The notes under the pieces were generated by a model. That model saw nothing but the letters and a program-made list of their open reading frames with translations. It was not told the origin of the DNA and did no database searches. A stretch of DNA of 63,367 nucleotides, the filler included, from Hausera hauseri (taxonomy: Eukaryota), in NCBI GenBank assembly GCA_046269625.1. It is 13 parts of 13 records of this genome, joined end to end, with 100 filler letters (N's around TTAATTAATTAA, not from the genome) between each part and the next. Parts side by side here need not be neighbours in the genome. Positions count along the whole stretch, not along the records: positions 22,197 to 28,085 come from JBJURY010173528.1; positions 28,186 to 32,282 come from JBJURY010764984.1; positions 32,383 to 40,163 come from JBJURY010903979.1; 10 more parts are not named here. One strand, 5' to 3'. Below, in pieces: positions 23,058-34,110 of this stretch. Each line of letters begins with the position of its first letter. Position 1 is the stretch's first letter. Made by a program: the position numbers and the translations under genes.

Positions 23058-25466
23058 ATGACCGAAAAGGCGAAGAATTCATCAGTCACTTCCAATTTCG
23101 ACATCTATAATTTCTTGCAACAACACGTCACTGTCCTCAAGCCGCTATCCAAAAATCTATACCGATAAATTGGAAAAAATTTGAAAAGCCAGAATTATCT
23201 AGAATTCAACCAAGAGAGTAAAATACCGAACGGACTAAAATGGGGTTTAGAAGAGAATAGATTGGTCCGATTATACGCCATGCGAAGTCGAAAAGATGCA
23301 CGAGTATACCTTTTAAAAGATCTAATTCCATATGAGCCAACACATCAGCAATTGTACGTACATGTCGCTGATGGAGAAATTCAATACAGGATGTTAGGAC
23401 AATCCTGGAGCACCCAAAAGGGACAGCAGTGGAAATTTAGCACTTATGAGATATGTTGTTATAGCCTTATGGATTATGCTCTGGAACTCAGAATTGCAGA
23501 CCTGCCGACCAAAATCATGATCGAAATGACATGGCGAACAGAAATGATGAAGCCGCTATCCCGACTATAATATGTACAAAAACCATCTGAAAACGAAATA
23601 TAGCAAAATAGGGAATCTTACAGATTAGTCCCAGATGGCCGAAATACCCGGATATTGGCCGTAAACTATGGAGAAAAGGATGACGGACGGTACTTTCCGA
23701 TCGAGGTATCCATCAGAAATACTAATGGAGAGGAAATCATAAACAAAATAATTGCACCTCGGGCTAGGATAAAAGATACTTTCCCCGACGTTACTGGAAT
23801 CACGAAGCCGCAGCTCGAAAAGGGAAAAGATTTTTTGGAGATCCAAGAAGATATAAGACATTGCTTATATGGATACGTCGTTACCGGATTCCGAGTGCAC
23901 GAAGCGTTGGAGCGACTAGGAATCAGACAAGAATACATAGCCGGAATTCGAGAATTGAGTAGAAACCCAGCAGTAGTGAGCCAAGTGGAAAGTACACTGA
24001 TACGGAAAAGAGGCTGTCTGCTGCCGTCAGCATCCCGTGAATAGCAATTTATGATGCTAGAAGCCATGAATGGCGATCGATTCAAATTCCCTAAGCTTAT
24101 GAGAACAAGCCAAAGGACCAAATTCGTAAAATATATCTATAACTCGTTACGGTGGGATCACGAATGGAAACCCAGAAGTCCCATACAGAATGCAATATCT
24201 GGCAACAACCCCAAGGCACTGATACAGAAATTCCGAAAAGGGTTTAGTGAATACCCTAGCTATCGACAGATCGAAACCCGTAAACATAACCAATTCCGAA
24301 TAACAGTCTATAACAACCCAACGGAAGCCCCAAGCAATCAACAGAAACCATCAACCAGTAAAGCTAAAGAAGTAACAATAAGAGCTGATAATTCAGAGAA
24401 ACCGAAGAGGCAAAAGACAAAGACCTCTTTTCTGGACTACATCAACAAAAAAGAAGCAAGACCAGCAAGTGCCCAACGACAGATAACCTAATCCCGGAGA
24501 AACACATAAAATATCAGAAAGGAGTAGCAAATCAAGAAAAACGGAAAGAAGATAGAGAAAACCAACTAGAAATTACTAAGCCTAAAACCCTTAAAACGGA
24601 AGTTAACGTTCTTCGGAAGAACTGGGAAGAAGATAACCCAATTATCGTCACAGAATTTGGCCAAGTAAAAGAATATAAACGAATCCACGTCATGGCCGAA
24701 TACTATAGCAAAGGGAAAATTAAAGAGACTATATTTTACGTATCTACCGTTCCAAGGCGAATAGTGAGTGGAAACGGATATGCCAGAGAAGACCACGCTA
24801 TTGGCAGATACCTAGCCACAATATTTCAATCAAAAAGTGGCACTAACAGATTAACAATTCCCGTGGATACCCAAGTTAGGATTCAACTAAAAACACAATA
24901 CAAGAAGACTGGAGTACCCGATTTGGACAAACAAGAAATAGTCGAATGGACCTTAGTCGCAGTATCCGATGACCCAAAGAAAAGCTCAATAAACCCAAAT
25001 CAAGAGATTGTACGGATACTTATATCAAGACAAGAAAGGCCTGGTATTTGAGAGAATAGAAGTGGATGAAGACCTTGTGGACATTGATGCGGCCGAAAAA
25101 GAAGAATGTCCCGTTTGTGACGCGGATCTTTATCAATGTTTCGTAGTCCTAGATAATAAGGATTGCAGCCATAAATACTGCCAATATTGTGTGGAAACGT
25201 GGACTCTAAAAAATGGGAAAACGACCTGCCCAGTATGCCAAGCCTACGCTACAAAGCTGAGATACTACTCGAATGGCGAGAACAAGAAAATAGTGGAGAT
25301 ATTGCCCGAACCAGCCACTACATCCTATCATATTAATTTGCAATCACCATCTAACGAAACAGATTCGGAAGCGGACTTACACGGACGAATGCACAGATTA
25401 CGCGGCACCTCTACTGACGCAATGGGCACATCCGAGAGTGCCGTTCAGAATAGACAAATGTTGTAG
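23058..25466 (+). pseudogene. Accessory polyprotein: VHL/BC-box-like region, REX4/ISG20-type DEDDh-like domain, basic linker, C3HC4 RING finger
   Basis: ATG 23058 and the ORFs at 23181, 23655, 24051 and 25008 share one frame (24692-25051 is shifted); TRILAVNYGE..IEVSIRNTNGEEIINKIIAP..DVTGITKPQL..DFLEIQ..GYVVTG; CPVC..CSHKYCQYC..CPVC. Confidence 0.7.
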
Positions 25467-26180
25467 AATGGCCGTTGTAGACTATGAAACCGAAACCGAA
25501 ATTGAATGTAAATAATTACATAGACGGAAAAGTAGAAATAATGACAATGAATTAATTATAAACAATTGAATCAAACTAATTATAGCAATTGAATGATGTA
25601 TACGGATTGTAAATAGAATTGAATTATATTGAATACAGAAAATCAATTTAATTACAAAATTAATTGCATGTAAACAATGGCTCTAAACGTATATATAAAA
25701 GATGTACATACAGTAATCGTAGTAGTTCTTAACCAGAAGCTATTTAACAAGTTGTCAGTTAGTCAGTTGTTATACGATTCTCAGTCAGTATTATTCCGTG
25801 GATCAAAGACTTGAAATTGACGATTATATTCGAACTATTGCTTTTTGATCTGACATTATTTCTGTTGAATCGAAATTATTGTTAAGGTATAATTTTCGTG
25901 TTTAATAAATTTTTGTATCTAAATTTCTAATAGTTTTCCGTCGCTCCTTACGAGGGACTTGCACCATACTAAGTTTTAAAATCATTGTAAAATCCATAGC
26001 TAAGTTGAGAATTTTGTAACTTACGCAATCACCGCATATACAGTACACGCATCTTAAATCAGTGCAAACATTCTAACGAGAGCGTTAGATCTTACCTGCG
26101 CGACTAATATTATCTAAATCTTAAAACTTACTCATTGTTATAGTTGGGTGTTGGATAGGGCCCACCTTCAACTATTAACA
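25459..26180 (+). mobile_element. LTR of the gag-env element (5' boundary approximate)
   Basis: Ends ...TTAACA just before the PBS; TATATAAAA near 25692; AATAAA at 25904; 3' part similar to 32383-32634; candidate TGTT start at 25459. Confidence 0.8.
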
Positions 26181-26183
26181 TTT

Positions 26184-26201
26184 TGGCGACCCTAGAAGGA
26201 C
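26184..26201 (+). promoter_or_regulatory. Primer-binding site, tRNA-Arg type
   Basis: TGGCGACCCTAGAAGGAC, 3 nt after the LTR; complementary to a ...GTCC...GGGTCGCCA tRNA-Arg 3' end. Confidence 0.75.
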
Positions 26202-26259
26202 AGTTTGCACTTGCTAGACTTGACTCTTAGTGAAAAGTAACGACGTATTAGCGATCAGA

Positions 26260-28085
26260 GCGGTAATTATGATCGCCGAAACGATCGATACAGCAATCAG
26301 AACTTTGATAATAGTTGAAATAGCTTTTCTAATAAATCAAATTACCAGACAGATAAACGCCTAAATGGCTCTAAAAACTTTAGTCGACAAAATGACAACC
26401 GGAGTTATGATAATCGTCAGTATGAAGACCCCAGACAGACTCCACCGCAGCAAGGTTACAATAGAAATCCGAGTAGACCGAAATCTCCATTAAACGAAGA
26501 TGGCCGACAAAGGGTTGGAACAAATGGCAATTTAGTCTGTTTCACATGTGGACAAGAAAGACACATAGCGAGGTCCTGTCCGAATCAGCGAAGTGTCGAA
26601 TTTGTGGAACCTAGTAAAACCAATGTAATTAAAAACGAAAATTTAGAAGCAATTTACGGTGTTCGTAGAGACACAGGAATGATTATTGAGATACAGAATT
26701 TACCACGTTTCTTAAAAGCCCAGCCTGAGACTAAGGACCCCAAAGTTTTAGTGGCTAGAAATGAATATAAGCACAAATTACGACTAATGGAAGTTTACCA
26801 CGGCCTGCGTGAACCAGAAAAGGAATATGAACATTCCATTGCCCCACCAAGGCTAACTGTTATGGTTCGGAAAAAGAACGCTCCTACGATAAACAAAGAA
26901 CCAATCGAATCAGGGATGCCTGAAACTCCGGATAAGGAAGATTCAGAACCTGAGTATGCTATAGAAAAGGTAACCAAGGAGACAGAGCCCGACGAAAAAG
27001 AAGAATTTATCGAACCGCTTATACTTAAAATCACCAAGAATAGAAGCCGTAGCCCATCACTGAGACGGACACGTAAGGATCGTTCGAGATCCCCAATGAT
27101 CAAAGAGAAATCAAGGACAGAGATACGGAATTCGCATTAGAGAGTGAAACGGAGTGTGCCCCACACATTTCGAAAATTAATTTAGTTACGCCCAGCGAAA
27201 TGGGTGAGCTGATGAAATCTATAGATGAAATAAATGATGTATGTCGCTTACCTGCAAGCGAAGAGGAAACAGAACGAGAAGAAAAACTCGATCCTAAAAG
27301 TGGAAAATTAGGCGCTGGTGGAAAAAATGCAGAGAAGTTAAAAAGAATAAGGATGAATTATCGCAAACCAGAGGTATTACGACAGAATCTAAAGAAGCTC
27401 AAAGCAATGAACGAACAAGTGGATATTTCTAGTAAAGAACAGCAGTTTGTAGAAAGATTATATAAAAAATATGAAACTATGTAGCGAAGGGAAACTAAGT
27501 GAATCTATAGATTTGGATCAGCCAGAAGTGGCAAAAAACCCTAGTTCATTGAAAACGTGAATTAGAACGCTGGTTCAAAAGACGAAATTTCCGGAGACAT
27601 GGGATAAAACTACCCAAAACATTGAAACTAGGGTCAACCAGTCTCAGACGTTATTAGCCACATTAGAAGCCAACCCGAAATTAAAAAGAGCAGCACGTAA
27701 TTTGGAGCGTGTCATGGACGAATTTAGATTCATCATAGTTAAACAGGTAAAAAAGAAGCCGGTCAAAGAACGAGATGCAAACGACTTAGAGATATTGGGT
27801 ATAGATATATTAGATATTCCGCCCTTAACGGAAATGATAAAAATCGCTTTTACTGCGACAAGGCAATATACTAGTCTGGAAAACCGTCTTAAAATAAAAG
27901 TCGAAATGCGATCGCAAATATATAGTCTAAGGAATAGGATCATGCACCCAGCTGATATAGAAACACAAAAAATAATTCTTACTTGTATCCTCGAATTCGA
28001 TGAATATAAAGATGAGTTTGACTATGCCTACAGGATTATCGATTTTATTAGAGGTCCAGATGACGAGTTAGATGACGCCCGCAAA
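26260..28085 (+). pseudogene. gag: gag-env element copy A: capsid deleted; CCHC knuckle in frame with unknown region X
   Basis: CFTCGQERHIARSC at 26538-26579 reads straight into VEPSKTNVIK; collinear with 33786-35610. Confidence 0.85.
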
Positions 28086-28185
28086 NNNNNNNNNNNNNNN
28101 NNNNNNNNNNNNNNNNNNNNNNNNNNNNNTTAATTAATTAANNNNNNNNNNNNNNNNNNNNNNNNNNNNNNNNNNNNNNNNNNNN

Positions 28186-28690
28186 GTCACTGAGGCATAT
28201 TTCTCTTCTCATCTCTGTGTTGTTACAACATTGGAACAATAGTTCCTCTTCCAGAGCCTCGCATGAAAGATTGTGCTTCATTACTTTGTCCAGAAGTTTC
28301 TTGATTGTCTCGAAGTAAACATCTGGTTCCGCCCCATTCTTTTTGTACTCGAGCGCTTCTTTTAGATCTTAGCATAGCGTTGAGGGTCGTGCGAAAGCCT
28401 TCTGTAGTCGGTTTTGGTATCCCGTTATCCTTGGATCTACTGCCTCGTATCTTTCTAATTCATCTTCCTCCAAGAGGCATTCAATCATGATTTCCCGCTT
28501 CTCCGCCGAAGTGTTAATGTATTTAAAGAATTTTTCACATCCTTTAATGAACTTCTCCACGTCGTCGCCTTTCCTAAATTTGTTAGGCAACAATTGATTC
28601 GCGAAAATATCCGTCCTGGCGTCATCGCCATGTTAGCTGCGTACGCATCCACGTTGTCCACGTCATCGCCCAGCTTGGGTAGAGTTGGAA
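28186..28690 (-). mobile_element. gag: Gag fragment of a separate LTR retrotransposon
   Basis: LPNKFRKGDDVEKFIKGCEKFF..YQNRLQKAF; possible LTR end/PBS (TACA-AC-TGGTG) on the minus strand near 28760-28770. Confidence 0.55.
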
Positions 28691-29219
28691 AATACCCACT
28701 CTCTGGTATGTTTGCTGAATCAGAATTGGATCGTTTGAAATTACTTATTGAAAAGTAAACACCAGTTGTAGAAAATTTTTATTATAATCCAAAATACTTA
28801 TTTGGAAACAAATTTTCCCAAATTATAAATTCAAATCAAAATTTTAATATTACACTTTTAAATTAAATTTTTTTTAATTTAAAAATTGTTGTAACTTAAA
28901 TTTAGAATTTGCGTTCTCCATTATATCCTCACAGTTATAGCACTGGACAACAGAAAGAGTCAAATTATTTACTCTTTGCAATAAAACCTACCACTTTACA
29001 ACAAAATGAGACAGAACGCATCAGTTATTACCTTGACATAACGGAACTCAAACAACCAATTAAGGAATCTGGAAGCTATGCTCAATCTCAGGATAGTTTG
29101 ATGGTTATGTTATCAAACAGAACAATAACAAACTATTGTGCAGCAAGCTATATAGACGACACAGACGATCATAATGATATACTAACGTTCCTTCAATTAA
29201 TAAGAGGTAATTGGCCTCA

Positions 29220-32200
29220 TGCGACAGCTCATTTTGGCACTTTTGATTTAAATGCAATGATTGAAACAAGAGCCAGTATTTCGCTAATAGCACGGCATGC
29301 AATACCTAACAAATTCCAGTCTCAAATAAAACTAGTTCCAAAAGATTGTACAGGAACTATTTCAGTTTTCCACTAATGTTCAAAACCTTATGGATACTGG
29401 AAATATGAACTACTGATTTGTGAACAAAGGATTAAAGTAACACAGGATGTAATGAATACTTATACCCTCGATGCATTATAGGGATGAATGTATTACGAAA
29501 ACTCAAAGGGTTCCATATTAACCTACAGTCAAGATCTATCTGTCCTAATAAAGATATTCCCAGAAATTATGAAAAAGCAGATATTTGGCTAGAACATATT
29601 AAGAAAATACCGCCGAATTCTAGGATGGTTATTCACACTAGAATAATATTTTCGGATAACAGCATCATTGAATTCGTACCACAAATTATTCTAAATGGAC
29701 TTATATTATCACACTACTGTGTCAATGCGATAGGAGGAACAACTCCTATTGAAGTATTGAACCCATCGCCAAAATACATCACATTATTTCCAAGAATGAA
29801 GATTGAACAAGCACATGAAATTATTCGTCACGCTGAAATTGACAGAAAGCTTGCAGCAGTTTCTTTAGATATGGAAAAGAAAGTCGAAGATATGCTCGAT
29901 ACTGTTCTCGTAAAGGCGAAGAAAAATTTATCAGTGGAACATTTAAATAATTTCTCAGAACTAATTTATGAATAAATTTATATATTCGCTAAAGATGAGA
30001 CCGACATTGGGCGAACCGATTTAGTCGAATTCAAAATGTCATTCTTGACTGATCCTCAGACAGGAAAGGAGATAGATTTATTGCAACAACCTATATTAAA
30101 GTGATACCCACATCCTAAAGCACTCCAAAAGGAAGTTTAGGAACAAATACAAACAATGTTGGATAAAGGCATCATTGAGACTAGTCAGTAACCGTAGCCA
30201 TCGCCTAGTTATGGCAAGAAAGTCAATACTACAAAACATCGTTTGTGTGTAAACTACTTTACATTGACTAAGCATCTCATGAACCGTGCTTATCCAATAC
30301 CGTGAATACGACATATTATCGACGAACTTAAGGACTGTAAGTATTTTACTACTTGGGATTTGCAGAGTGGATTTTGGCAGATTCCCGTAGCTGAAAGTAC
30401 CATTAGAAGACTGCGTTCAAAACACATGCAGAAGTTTACCAATTTACACGCATGCCATTCGGGCTAAAAACAGCATTAACGTTCTTTCAAGAATTTATCC
30501 GTCTAGTCCTAAAAGAAGTACGTGGATTGTCGTGTACAGACGATATTTTGATTGCAGCAAAAACTTGGTCAGCACACTTAATGGGATTACGAGAAGTATT
30601 CGACCGGATTAAACTTGCGAAATTGAAACTAAATCCAAAAAAGTGTGAATGGCGTAAAAACAAAGTTCGATATCTTGGATTTGTAGTTTCAAACCAAGGA
30701 ATATCTACCAGTCCGGATTTAATAGCCAAAATATTTAAGTATCCCCCACATACCAGTTTTCACGAAATGAGAGTTTGGTTGGGATTTGGAGGATTTTACG
30801 CCACTTTTAAAGAAAATTTTGCCGAAATTAATCAACCACAATATAAACCGTTGAGAAAGGACTGGAAATGGGAATGGACCGAAAAAAATCAAACTTCTGA
30901 TGAAATTCACCGACGTTTAGTATCTGCGGCAATGGTGAGATATCCAGATTTTTCCTTACCGTTCATCTTAAAAGCAGACGCCAGCATCAAGCAATCAGTT
31001 ACATTTTGCACAACAGAACCCGGACGAGTTAATTGAACATGTAATTGCTTATGGAGGACGCAGTTTAAACAACGCTGAGAGAAAATACTCTACCACAGTT
31101 AGAATTGCTAGCAATACGCGACAGATTACGTCACTACAATTATTATGTTTATGGACACAAAATTATGGAAGTTAGAACTCTTGAATTATGATGTTTAGTA
31201 TAGATACCGACCGGAAAGGAAAATACGGATGCAGACACAATTTCGCGATTATCATATGAGAAAATAGTAGTTTTGGTACATAAGCCAAGGGTTACACAAT
31301 AATATAGGTAACTGAATGAAAAAATAATTAACGAGATGCTACATGAACAGCAACAAGTTCAGGTTCGAAATATCGAAACCTTATAAAATCAAGATCCATT
31401 TATTGTTCAAGTCAAACAAATAGTAAATGGACAAATGACTGAGCAAGTGTCAAATCAAATTCAGAAATTTTATGAGAAACGAAAGGAACAATTAGAAATT
31501 GAAAATGGCATTCTAAAACTCAATGTCGGAGAACGAAAACTCATAATCGTACCTAATATAGCAATTAAATCTGTGATGTTACAAGAGCACGATTCGCATC
31601 TAGCAGGTCATCCATCTTTAAATAAGACACTAAAGCATATAACCGCAAAATATTATTGTCCTCAGATGAACAAGCATATTAAAGGATGGGTACGCTCTTG
31701 CAAAATGTGCGCAACTCGAAAAGATAAAGGATTTCGTGCAAAACCATTTCTAGGAAGCCTTCCTGAAGCACGACAACCTATGGAAGTTTGTTCAATGGAC
31801 ATTTCGGGACCTTTTCCAACATCTGATTCAAGATATAAATATATTCTGTCACTCGTAAATTATTATTCGAGATATGTCGTTTTGGTCCCATTGAAAAATA
31901 TGACAAGCAGTACTGTCGCAGAAGCCTTTTCTATCAAATAGTATCCGTATTAGGCATGCCGAAACAGTTGTTAACTGACCGCGCACCATATTTTATCAGC
32001 AAATTTTTCGAGAAATTAACAAAGATTTTTCAATGCAAACATTTGTTAACTACATCCTACTATCCACTATGTAATGGTATGGTTGAAAGAATGAATCGAA
32101 CAATTCAAGGTATTCTGTCCACAAAAGTCGTCCATGATCAGAAAAATTGGAACCAACATTTAAAAACAACTTCATACGCAATAAACACTACACCTACGAA

Positions 32201-32282
32201 AAGCACCAATCATTTACCATTTGAATTAATGTTAGGACGATTACCATTATTACCATTAGATACTGAATTATTACCATCTTCC
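29220..32282 (+). mobile_element. pol: Ty3/gypsy pol (PR, RT, RNase H, IN), decayed
   Basis: AMIETRASISL; MPFGLKTA..CTDDILI; FILKADAS; HDSHLAGH..CKMC; MDISGPF; LTDRAPYF; NGMVERMNRTI. Confidence 0.93.
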
Positions 32283-32382
32283 NNNNNNNNNNNNNNNNNN
32301 NNNNNNNNNNNNNNNNNNNNNNNNNNTTAATTAATTAANNNNNNNNNNNNNNNNNNNNNNNNNNNNNNNNNNNNNNNNNNNN

Positions 32383-32634
32383 TCTTATAGTTTCCGTCGC
32401 TCCTTACGAGGGACATAGAAATGCTAATCTAAGGATTAAAATCACATTAAACTTTATAGATAGGTCGAGAGTCGATTAAACTACGCAAGGCACCGCAAGC
32501 AGTACACGCATTCTAAATTTGTGCAAACATTCTATCGAGAACGTTAGAACTTATCTGCCTAATATTATTGTTAAATCAAATTTCATTACTGTTATAGTTG
32601 GGTGTTGGATAGGGCCCACCTTCAACTATTAACA
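32383..32634 (+). mobile_element. 3' part of the 5' LTR of gag-env element copy B; PBS at 32637-32654
   Basis: Homologous to 25930-26180, with an identical ATAGTTGGGTGTTGGATAGGGCCCACCTTCAACTATTAACA end; PBS TGGCGACCCCAACAGGAC. Confidence 0.88.
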
Positions 32635-32922
32635 TTTGGCGACCCCAACAGGACAGTTTGCACTTGCTAGACTTGACTTTTAGTGAAAAGTAGCGACACA
32701 TTAGCGATCAGCGTTAACACATCAAATAATTGATTGCAGGTTGTCGTGAGACTAAAATTTGGGATTATAAAGAAACCCTCAATATTATAACGACATATTA
32801 TTTAATCAAGAGCGAATATTGATAAACATAGGTCAGACGATAGCTTAAATCTTATTCTAAACGGTAAGGAGAGTATTAATTTTCGCGAAACACGTAATAA
32901 AGTATATAGACAAGATAAGACG

Positions 32923-34110
32923 TTGATTAGTCGCACTTTATCTGAAACGAATTTAGCTAACACTGAACCTATTAATTTAAACTCTGTTGGAAAGCATACT
33001 GAATTTAAAGTTCCTGATAAGAGAATTAGACCTCGTAAAATAATTGAGCAAAACCTAATAAACGTTGAAAACATGGTTGAAAATCGGGCAGTAGCTCAGA
33101 AACTGGATATTTTTACATTTGGCTGTCTGAATTTGCCAGCATATAACGGAGACCCGGACGGACTTAACGAATTCTTAAGGATTTATAAGTTGCAAGCAGA
33201 AGGTGCTGGACTAGCAGCTAACGTGATGATTGAACGTTTGTCGTTATATTTGAAGAATCTGGCCGCTGATGCCTATAGTGAGCTCACTGATGATGAGAAG
33301 AAAACGTGGTCCTCCCTGGTAGGAGTTCTGAACCGAAAATTATTGCCGACTGTAACTCCGCAACAAAAATTTATGGCTTTCCAGAATAGAGCACAACAAA
33401 AGGGTGAATCCATAACCCAATTCGCTTTTGCCTTAAAGAAATTGGCAAACAGTTACTCAAGCACCTTAAGAATCGCAAACATAGCCAAGGCTAAAAACGA
33501 AGCAGAACAAAAAGCCGCAGAAAAGGCAGGTCCTCCAGATTTGGACGTCATGATGATGACACAGTTAATAAACGGTATTTGGTCTAAAGACATACTAAAG
33601 CAACTGATTCTAGCGCGCCCGGAGAACTTTGATAGGACATTGCAATTAGCTTAGGACTTGGAAATTGCACTAGAAACAACGACAGAAATGGAAGAAATAA
33701 TGATCAAAGTAATCGATGTAATAGAAATCGGAATAATAGAAATGATAGACGAATTAACAGGAATTATGGGGATCGGAACAAGAACGGTAATTATGATCGC
33801 AGGAACGATCGATACAGTAACCAGAATTTTGATAATAGTCGAAATAGTTTTTCTAGTAAATCAAACTATCATACGAATAAACGGCTAGATGGCCCCAAAA
33901 ATTTTAATCTACAGAATGACAGCCGGAATTACGATAACCGCCAATATATGGATTGTAGGCAAGCCCCGTAGCAGAAAGGCTACAATAGAAATCTTAGTAG
34001 ATCGAAATCCCCAATAAACGAAGATGGCCGACAAAAGATCGGAAAAATGGCAACTTAATCTGTTATACATGCGGACAAGAAGGACATATAGCGAGATCCG
34101 GCCCAAACCC
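32923..34110 (+). pseudogene. gag: Ty3/gypsy-type Gag (capsid, RN-rich linker, zinc knuckle), copy B
   Basis: LPAYNGDPDGLNEFL..LYLKNLAADAY..QQKGESITQFAFALKKLA; CYTCGQEGHIARS at 34061. Confidence 0.9.

Noticed and set aside
28086-32282. The pol following gag-X copy A as its continuation
   Set aside because: Different contig; adjacency is artificial
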